A DNA stretch of 49,688 nucleotides from NCBI GenBank assembly GCA_913044215.1, contig CAJWOT010000002.1, positions 1 to 49,688 on the forward strand. Direction: 5' to 3'. The stretch comes from an uncultured Rhodospirillaceae bacterium. GTDB lineage: Bacteria > Pseudomonadota > Alphaproteobacteria > UBA8366 > GCA-2717185. Position numbers and translations under genes: made by a program. The notes beneath the pieces are model-generated. The model made no database searches and was not told where the DNA came from. It was given only the letters and a program-made list of their open reading frames with translations. Shown piece by piece: positions 38,663-45,281 of the stretch (position 1 is the first letter of the stretch; every line of letters begins with the position of its first letter).

Positions 38663-40036
38663 CTAGCCCTCGATCCATGCGTCCAGCGCGTCGTCATCCT
38701 CGCCCGGCACATGCACGACCGTGAAGGTAAAGGGGTCGCCGCCGAGAGGTTTCGTCGCGTCGAGACCCATCTTATCGACCCGCCCATCCGTCCCCGACGG
38801 GTCGAGACGGGACCCCTGTGCGCCGGCGACAACCATCAAATCTTCCGCCGCCTGAAACCGGGTCGCAACGGCCCATTCGACCGCATCCGGATTGAGGATA
38901 TCAACATCCTCGTCGACAATGGTGACCTGCTTGATATCGGCGTGTCCGGCGAAAGCGCCCATCATGATGTTCTTCGGCTCGCCGTCCCATCGTTTGGCAA
39001 TCTTGACGACCAGATGATAGCGGCAGACCCCGCCACGCGAGAGATGAACATCTTTGACGCTCGGAAATGTCCGCTGCAGATGGGCGATGAGTGACGCCTC
39101 TCGCGGGATACCGCCGAGCAGCAGATGTTCCATCGCCGCCGGCACGATGGTGTGGAACAGGGCGTCCTCGCGCCGTGTGATCGCGTCGATCACGATGACC
39201 TGACGCTTGCCCACCGGTCCATAATATTGCGGGAATTCGCCGAACGGCCCTTCCTCCTCGCGCACTTCCGGCAGCAATCGGCCTTCGATGACGATCTCCG
39301 CCTCGGCCGGCACGCGCACATCGTTCGTCTTGCATTTTACGACCGGCAAGGGCCCGCCATGCAGGGCACCGGCGACTTCCAATTCGTCCCGGTCTATTGG
39401 CAGGATCGCCTGCGAGGCGAGCAGCGTCAGCGGGTCGACGCCGACCGCGATAGCGACCGACAGCGGTTCGGCCGCTTCCTCTGCGGCATCGTAGAACCGA
39501 TGCAAATCTCGCGGCAGTATCAAGATACCAAGCCGGTCAGGCCCGTTGATCTGTATCCGGTTGATCGAGACGTTCTGCACGCCGGTTTTTGGATTGGCCG
39601 CGATCACCAGCCCCGCCGTGATATAGGCACCGGAATCATGTTCGTTATGCACCGGGATCGGCAGTTCATCTCGAATATCAAAACCACTTTCGATGACGAC
39701 CTGCTGCACAGGCGCGGATTCAGATGCGACTTCGGACCAGGGCAGCGGGTGCAGCACGGCATTGCGATAGCGGTCGAGCATATCGCTTTCATCCACCCCC
39801 ATCGCTTCCGCGATCCACGGCCGGGACGCGACCAAACCCGAAATCACCGACAATTCATGACCGCCCGGCGCGGGAAACAATGTCGCCTTCTCGCCGTCCA
39901 GACGTTTGGCGATCGCCGCCAAGGTGAATTCCAGCGGTACATACGGTTTGGTCCGAACCAACCGGCCAGTCTCGTCCAACCGGTCGAGCCATGACCGCAA
40001 GGTCGTGAAGGGGGCATTCGGTCGCGCAGTTGTCAT
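38663..40036 (-). CDS. UbiD-family (prFMN-dependent) decarboxylase
   Basis: Full-length UbiD architecture is present: LRSWLDRLDETGRLVRTK, NVSINRIQ, EGPFGEFPQYYG, RYHLVVKI, and MGLDATKP near the C-terminus. The protein is 457 aa. Confidence 0.88.
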   Translation of the reverse strand: MTTARPNAPFTTLRSWLDRLDETGRLVRTKPYVPLEFTLAAIAKRLDGEKATLFPAPGGHELSVISGLVASRPWIAEAMGVDESDMLDRYRNAVLHPLPWSEVASESAPVQQVVIESGFDIRDELPIPVHNEHDSGAYITAGLVIAANPKTGVQNVSINRIQINGPDRLGILILPRDLHRFYDAAEEAAEPLSVAIAVGVDPLTLLASQAILPIDRDELEVAGALHGGPLPVVKCKTNDVRVPAEAEIVIEGRLLPEVREEEGPFGEFPQYYGPVGKRQVIVIDAITRREDALFHTIVPAAMEHLLLGGIPREASLIAHLQRTFPSVKDVHLSRGGVCRYHLVVKIAKRWDGEPKNIMMGAFAGHADIKQVTIVDEDVDILNPDAVEWAVATRFQAAEDLMVVAGAQGSRLDPSGTDGRVDKMGLDATKPLGGDPFTFTVVHVPGEDDDALDAWIEG

Positions 40037-40818
40037 GCCTGGTCCGCCTTTCTCGTCTCGATTTCCGCTGGCACGTGCCAGGCGAGCGTCTCAGCGAATG
40101 CGGCCACCGCGCCGACGACGAACAAGGTCGGTGCCGACAGTTCGGCTTTTGCGATCTCGCCGGGCAATCTTGCCAAGGTCGCACTGATCACCTTCTGCGT
40201 CGGCAATGTGCCATTCTGGATTGCGGCTGCCGGCGTATCCTCCGGCAAGCCCGCTTGGATCAGGTTGTTGCAGATCCGATCGATCTTCATCAGCCCCATA
40301 TAGATGACCAGGGTCGTATCCGGGTCAGCGAGCCGGTTCCAGTCCAATTCCAGTTCGCCATTGTCCGCCATGTGGCCGGTGACGAAATGCACGCCCTTCG
40401 CAAGCCCGCGATGGGTGAGCGGGATACCGGCATAGGCAGCGCAGCCCATTGACGCGGTGATCCCCGGTACGATCTCGAATGGAATCCCATGTTGCGCCAG
40501 GTGCAATGCCTCTTCACTGCCGCGTCCGAATATGAAGGGGTCCCCGCCCTTCAGCCGCACCACGCGCCGGCCGCTGCGTGCCTGGGTCACCAAGACGCCG
40601 TTGATCGTTTCCTGCGGCATGTAATGCTTGCGCGACGCCTTGCCCGCGAAAATCCGCTCCGCATCTACCGGCACCAAGGCGAGGACGCTTTCCGAAACAA
40701 GCCGGTCATAGACCACGATCTCGGCTCCCTGCAGTACGCGCAAGGCCCGCACGGTCAGCAGATCCGGATCGCCCGGCCCCGCACCGACGAGAAAGACCCG
40801 TGGTTCGCTAGCGTTCAT
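40033..40818 (-). CDS. cobA: Uroporphyrinogen-III C-methyltransferase (SUMT)
   Basis: VFLVGAGPGDPDLLTVRALRVLQGAEIVVYDRLV and VVRLKGGDPFIFGRGSEE are present. The start is the ATG at 40816-40818. Its TGA overlaps the UbiD ATG (ATGA at 40033-40036). Confidence 0.88.
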   Translation of the reverse strand: MNASEPRVFLVGAGPGDPDLLTVRALRVLQGAEIVVYDRLVSESVLALVPVDAERIFAGKASRKHYMPQETINGVLVTQARSGRRVVRLKGGDPFIFGRGSEEALHLAQHGIPFEIVPGITASMGCAAYAGIPLTHRGLAKGVHFVTGHMADNGELELDWNRLADPDTTLVIYMGLMKIDRICNNLIQAGLPEDTPAAAIQNGTLPTQKVISATLARLPGEIAKAELSAPTLFVVGAVAAFAETLAWHVPAEIETRKADQA

Positions 40819-40917
40819 TCTAAGAGAATTCCCTCGAAAAACGCGACGATAGTACACGGGCTAATGCAGCGACCCAACAGGCGTTCGCGTGGAAATGCAT
40901 TGTGAAGTCGCTGTCTA

Positions 40918-41013
40918 CCCCACCCACCCCCATCAAGAGGGAGAGAAAATTTATGGCGAAAAATCTTCCTTTGTCCCTTCCCCCTCGAGGGGGGAAGGCT
41001 AGGATGGAGGTGG
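40918..41013. repeat. G/C-tract intergenic palindromic element (REP-like), copy A
   Basis: CCCCACCCACCCCC...AAGAGGGAGAG... is followed by an imperfect hairpin, CCCTTCCCCC-TCGA-GGGGGGAAGG, at about 40975-40999, then GGATGGAGGTGG. The ORFs crossing it (40820-41026, 40902-41279) look like repeat translations. Confidence 0.5.
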
Positions 41014-41055
41014 AACCACCATTCATCCGAAAATGGAATGCAACAGGAGACCGCT

Positions 41056-41832
41056 ATGCCTTATCAACCCTTCGACCTGACCGGCAAGGTCGCGCTGATC
41101 ACCGGCGGCAATGGCGGGATCGGGCTCGGCATGGCGGACGCCATCGCGCAGGCCGGCGGCAGCGTCTGTATCTGGGGCACCAATCCAGAGAAAAATGCCA
41201 CGGCGCTGGCGCAGATCGCAGCGCATGGCGCCGAGGCCGCGGCGATGGTTTGCGACGTCTCGCAGGAAGAAGAAGTTGAGCGCTGTTTCGCGGCAACATT
41301 GGAGCGGTTCGGCCGGGTCGATGGCTGCTTCGCCAATGCTGGCATCAGCGGCCGCGGCGCGCTGACGCCCTTCGTCGAAATGACCAAGGACTCCTGGGAC
41401 CGCATCATGGGGGTTAATCTGGACGGCGTTTTCTACACCTACCGCGCCGCCTGCCGGCACATGATCGAGCGCGGCGGCGGCGGCCGCCTGGCCGTGACGG
41501 CGAGTCTCGCCGCCTTATCCGGCGCGGCCCGAAACGAGCACTACGCCGCGACCAAGGGTGCGGTCGTCTCGATGACCTATGCGCTCTCGGTGGAGATGGC
41601 GCGCTACGGCATCACGGCGAACGCGATCCTGCCCGGATGGATCGAAACGGCGATGACCGAGAGCGCCTTCAACTGGGAGAAGTTCGCCAACAACGTCAAG
41701 CCGCGCATCCCGATGCGGCGCTGGGGCGAAGGGTCGGATTTCGGCGGGCTTGCGGTCTATTTGATGTCCGACGCGAGCGCCTATCACACCGGCGACACTC
41801 TTCTGATCGACGGCGGTTACCAGAAGTTCTGA
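41056..41832 (+). CDS. SDR-family oxidoreductase
   Basis: The cofactor motif is TGGNGGIGLG and the catalytic YxxxK is in YAATKGAV. The ATG at 41056 starts MPYQPFDLTGKVALITGG. Confidence 0.88.
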   Translation: MPYQPFDLTGKVALITGGNGGIGLGMADAIAQAGGSVCIWGTNPEKNATALAQIAAHGAEAAAMVCDVSQEEEVERCFAATLERFGRVDGCFANAGISGRGALTPFVEMTKDSWDRIMGVNLDGVFYTYRAACRHMIERGGGGRLAVTASLAALSGAARNEHYAATKGAVVSMTYALSVEMARYGITANAILPGWIETAMTESAFNWEKFANNVKPRIPMRRWGEGSDFGGLAVYLMSDASAYHTGDTLLIDGGYQKF

Positions 41833-42065
41833 TCGGCCACCTGTTTGCGGAACCGTCGGTCCCGCTTCAGGTACCACTCGCGGCTCATCGCTTCACCACG
41901 GTTCTTGAAACGCTCGGCGTAGAGCAAGCGCCAGTCGCGGCCGCGCGTCGACCGGGCCCCCTTGCCCGAATTGTGCGCCGCCAGCCGCTTCTCGAGATCC
42001 GTGGTCCAGCCGACATAGGTGCGCGTGCCGTCGGTGCTGCCGAGGATGTAGACGAAACAGGTCAC
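41817..42065 (-). CDS. Small stand-alone GIY-YIG domain protein (UPF0213-like)
   Basis: CFVYILGSTDGTRTYVGWTTDLEKRLAAHNSG is a GIY-YIG core. The GTG start overlaps the arfB stop by 1 nt. The 3' end overlaps the SDR 3' end by 16 nt in convergent orientation. Confidence 0.8.
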   Translation of the reverse strand: MTCFVYILGSTDGTRTYVGWTTDLEKRLAAHNSGKGARSTRGRDWRLLYAERFKNRGEAMSREWYLKRDRRFRKQVADQNFW

Positions 42066-42490
42066 TAATCGTCCGAGACGCCGCGCTTGCCGCGGGTCCT
42101 TTTGAGACCGGCGCGGCGTTTCTTGGCGTCGAGCCGGCGCTGCTTTGCCGCCTTGCCCGGCCGGGTCGGCCGCCGCCGCTTCGGCGTCACCGCGGCTTTG
42201 CGGATCAGATCCGCCAGCCGCTCACGCGCTTCCTCACGATTGCGCTCCTGGCTGCGGAACCGGTTTGCCGTGATCACCACGACACCGTCACGCGTCATGC
42301 GTCGTCCCGCCAGGGGTTTTAGCCGCAGAAACACGGCATGTGGCAGGTTCGGCGAATGCGCGGCATCGAACCGTAATTGCACAGCCGTCTCGACCTTATT
42401 GACATTCTGCCCACCCGGCCCCGGCGCGCGGATGAACCGCTCGACGAGTTCGTCTTCCGAAATCGTTATGGTCGCGGTGATGCGCAGCAT
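42065..42490 (-). CDS. arfB: Alternative ribosome-rescue factor B (peptidyl-tRNA hydrolase, YaeJ-like)
   Basis: The GGQ motif is in APGPGGQNVNKVETAV, followed by a basic C-terminal tail (KRRRPTRPGKAAKQRRLDAKKRR). The protein is 141 aa. Confidence 0.9.
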   Translation of the reverse strand: MLRITATITISEDELVERFIRAPGPGGQNVNKVETAVQLRFDAAHSPNLPHAVFLRLKPLAGRRMTRDGVVVITANRFRSQERNREEARERLADLIRKAAVTPKRRRPTRPGKAAKQRRLDAKKRRAGLKRTRGKRGVSDD

Positions 42491-42565
42491 GTGACTTCAA
42501 TCTATCTCGAGTTAGGTGTTATCATAGCGCTTGGGAGTGGGTTTTTGCGTTAGAGGGGGAACATC

Positions 42566-43366
42566 ATGCGACTGGCCACAATCTCGTCGATTTCTATCAT
42601 CTTTGGATTGGTGTTTGCAGCCGCGGAGAGTGTGTCCGCCGCACAAATCTGCAGCGGATTCGGCCCGCAAACACCGCGCGATATCACCAGTATTTCCGGC
42701 ACGAACAAGCGGCTTTTCACCCTCGCACCCGCGGCGACGCAACTGAACCTTTGCAACATCCACACCCATACCAACGCGGAACACAAAGGCCCTGGATTCT
42801 CCGTCTTCGCCGGCGCAGGCACGCATGGCGGCTACAAGTGCAACGACAGCGACAAGCTGACGGCTGCCGAACTCAAAGACCCGTCGAACGGCCATGGCGC
42901 CTTCCACGGCATCAAGCCAGGCGACACGATCGAGGTGCATTGGGTCCACAGCTCTTGCGACATCAAACCGGGCAAGGGTCTCGGTTCCTGCCTCAGCCCG
43001 AAATGCGCCAATCCGCAGCTGCGCGTCGAAACCCAGGTCTTCCTAGTGGTCAACGACAAGAGCGCGCTGAACTTCGCCGACTTCGCCTATGCGGGCAACG
43101 TGAAGAACGGTTTGCATCAGGCGAAGTCGCTCCCGTCGGGGACCGGCACGCCGGTCGTGTTCGCAGGTTCGACAACCGGCCCGAAATACACCCAGGCGCA
43201 ATGCTCACCCCTGCAGGTTACCTGGAGCGTCCGGCCGCAATGCGCCAAAGTCGATGTGAGTTCGCTTTACAAGTGGGCCAAGGACGGCAACGTTTTCCGG
43301 GAAGACCACTCGCACGGCGTGCGCCAGCTCGTCACGGCACCGGAACTGTTGTCGCCGATCCGATAG
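42566..43366 (+). CDS. Secreted protein with an alpha-CA-like zinc His triad; putative delta-class-like carbonic anhydrase
   Basis: The signal peptide is MRLATISSISIIFGLVFAAAESVSA. CNIHTHTNAEHKG parallels the alpha-CA motif QFHFHWG..GSEH, and IEVHWVHSS parallels ELHLVHWN. The rest does not read as a classical alpha-CA. The delta-class assignment is from memory and unverified. Confidence 0.45.
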   Translation: MRLATISSISIIFGLVFAAAESVSAAQICSGFGPQTPRDITSISGTNKRLFTLAPAATQLNLCNIHTHTNAEHKGPGFSVFAGAGTHGGYKCNDSDKLTAAELKDPSNGHGAFHGIKPGDTIEVHWVHSSCDIKPGKGLGSCLSPKCANPQLRVETQVFLVVNDKSALNFADFAYAGNVKNGLHQAKSLPSGTGTPVVFAGSTTGPKYTQAQCSPLQVTWSVRPQCAKVDVSSLYKWAKDGNVFREDHSHGVRQLVTAPELLSPIR

Positions 43367-43411
43367 GACGCAGCGTAAGAGATATCGACCTGATCGCAGA
43401 CCCATGCTGAT

Positions 43412-43525
43412 TTCCTCTCACCCCAACCCTGAATGGCCACCAAAGCCATTCAGCCCCAAGGAGAGGGGGCTTAAGGCGTACTCCACAAATAACCCTCTCC
43501 CTTGGGGAGAGGGCAGGGTGAGGGG
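43412..43525. repeat. Nested palindromic intergenic element (REP-like), copy B
   Basis: The outer arms are CTCTCACCCCAACCC (from about 43415) and GGGCAGGGTGAGGGG (43511-43525). Inner hairpin 1 is CTGAATGGC (43429-43437), a 7-nt loop, and GCCATTCAG (43445-43453). Inner hairpin 2 is CCCTCTCCC-TTG-GGGAGAGGG (43493-43513). Confidence 0.6.
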
Positions 43526-43606
43526 ATGAATTCGGCCACTTTGTGACTCCAAGGGCTCGTCTGCTAGGCTCGCCGCCAGCCATCATCCCGGACAGTGGAG
43601 ACAATC

Positions 43607-44536
43607 ATGAATGTGGGATTCATCGGCCTCGGCACCATGGGGGCCAGCATCGCGTTAAACGCGATCAAGGGCGGGCATTCGCTAACCGTGCACGACATTA
43701 ACAAGGAGGCAGCGGCCGAACATCTGAAGCTGGGCGCGGCCTGGGCCGACACGCCGAAAGCGGTCGCCGAGGCGAGCGACGTCGTTTTCACCTCGTTGCC
43801 GGGGCCGCCCGAAGTGCAAGCGGTCGTGTTGGGTGAGAATGGGCTGATCGAAGGCTTCAAGCCCGGCAGCGCCTATTTTGACCTCAGCACCAACTCGCCA
43901 ACAGTGATCCGCGACATCCATGCGGCGCTGGCCGAGAAAGACGTGCAGACGCTCGACGCACCGGTCAGCGGCGGCCCGGACGGCGCCCGCGACGGGCGGA
44001 TGGCGATTTGGATCGGCGGCGACGAAGACGCTTACAACAAGTACCTGCCGGTGCTGAACAGCATGGGCGACGCCCCCTACTATGTCGGCCCGATCGGCGC
44101 CGGTGCGGTGGCCAAGCTGGTGCACAATTGCAGCGGCTACATCCTGCAGACGGCGCTGGCCGAAACCTTCACCATGGGCGTGAAGGCCGGTGTCAATCCG
44201 GAAGGGCTGTGGCAGGCGCTGCGCAAGGGCGCGCTGGGCCGACGCCGGGTGTTCGACACGTTGGGACGCCAGTTCCTGCCGGGTCGTTTCGACCCACCCG
44301 ATTTCGCCCTCAAGCTCGCTCGCAAGGATGTGGCGCTGGCCTGCGAGGTCGGCCGTGAATTCGACGTGCCGATGCGCCTGGCGCACCTCACCTTGATGGA
44401 AATGACCGAAGCGTTGAACCGCGGCTGGGAAGGCCGCGATTCCCGCGTCGCCATGACCCTGCAAACGGAACGTGCCGGCGTCGATGTGCGCGTCTCCGAC
44501 AACCGGATCGCCGAGATCCTCGCGGAGGACTCATGA
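43607..44536 (+). CDS. NAD(P)-dependent beta-hydroxyacid dehydrogenase (3-hydroxyisobutyrate dehydrogenase family)
   Basis: The Rossmann motif is MNVGFIGLGTMGASIA. DAPVSGG and the GAGAVAKLVHN segment are typical of the HIBADH/6PGDH-like family. Confidence 0.85.
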   Translation: MNVGFIGLGTMGASIALNAIKGGHSLTVHDINKEAAAEHLKLGAAWADTPKAVAEASDVVFTSLPGPPEVQAVVLGENGLIEGFKPGSAYFDLSTNSPTVIRDIHAALAEKDVQTLDAPVSGGPDGARDGRMAIWIGGDEDAYNKYLPVLNSMGDAPYYVGPIGAGAVAKLVHNCSGYILQTALAETFTMGVKAGVNPEGLWQALRKGALGRRRVFDTLGRQFLPGRFDPPDFALKLARKDVALACEVGREFDVPMRLAHLTLMEMTEALNRGWEGRDSRVAMTLQTERAGVDVRVSDNRIAEILAEDS

Positions 44537-45279
44537 GCATGAAAGGAAAGACCGCGCTGGTCACCGGGTCCGGCCGCAATATCGGCCGCGGTATCGCGCT
44601 GCATCTGGCCGGTGCCGGCTGCAATGTGGTCCTCAATGGCAGCCAGGACCGGGCGGCCTGCGAGACGGTCGCCGAGAAGGTCCGTGCCGCCGGCGCGGAA
44701 GCCACCATCGAAATGTGCGATATCGGCGATCGCGAGGCGGTCTTGGCTATGGCCGCCTCCGCGCTCGATCAATTCGGTACAGTCGACATCCTGATCAACA
44801 ACGCGGCCATCCGGCCTGGCGGCGACTTCCTCGAGGTCTCCGAGGACGACTGGAACAAGGTGATGGATGTCAACTTCACCGCCGCCTTCCACCTCTGCCG
44901 TGCCTTCATGCCCGGCATGATCGCAAAGGGCTGGGGCCGCATCGTCAACTTCACCGGCATGAACGCACAGATGGGCGGGCACAGCCGGCCGGCGGTCACC
45001 GTCTCCAAACACGCCATGTGGGGCCTGACCAAGACGCTATCGCGGGACTACGGACCGAAGGGGGTGACGACGAACATCATCTCACCCGGCACCTTCCCCG
45101 ATATCAGCGTCGATACCTCGACACCGGATTTCGAGGCGATGCGCCAGGCCAACCCGTCAGGCCGTCTGGGTACACCGGACGATATCGCCGCCGTTGTCGA
45201 CCTATTGATGACCGACGAAGGCGGCTTCATCAACGGCCAGATGCTGCAGGTGAATGGCGGTGTCGTGAACCAGTTCTGA
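44533..45279 (+). CDS. SDR-family oxidoreductase (FabG-like)
   Basis: TGSGRNIGRGIA and NNAA are present, and the catalytic S...KxxxW context is VSKHAMWGLTK. The ATGA overlaps the upstream gene. Confidence 0.8.
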   Translation: MSMKGKTALVTGSGRNIGRGIALHLAGAGCNVVLNGSQDRAACETVAEKVRAAGAEATIEMCDIGDREAVLAMAASALDQFGTVDILINNAAIRPGGDFLEVSEDDWNKVMDVNFTAAFHLCRAFMPGMIAKGWGRIVNFTGMNAQMGGHSRPAVTVSKHAMWGLTKTLSRDYGPKGVTTNIISPGTFPDISVDTSTPDFEAMRQANPSGRLGTPDDIAAVVDLLMTDEGGFINGQMLQVNGGVVNQF

Positions 45280-45281
45280 CC

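Noticed and set aside
40819-41055. Possible cobalamin riboswitch or other leader upstream of cobA.
   Set aside because: Reading the - strand leader, I found no B12-box-like consensus or other riboswitch core. The region is instead occupied by the G/C-tract palindromic repeat.
40820-41279. ORFs 40820-41026 (-) and 40902-41279 (+), and likewise 43332-43604 (-) and 43267-43449 (-), lying in the repeat-containing spacers.
   Set aside because: Their sequences (for example ...PPRGGKARMEVEPP... and ...LSPRERVICGV...) are translations of the palindromic repeats. They have no SD and no coding-like third-position bias.
41817-42065. The GIY-YIG nuclease as part of a defence or mobile (homing endonuclease) system.
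   Set aside because: It is only 82 aa and has no DNA-binding or partner domains. It has no neighbouring methylase, ATPase or intron/intein context. It matches the small housekeeping-type UPF0213 proteins.
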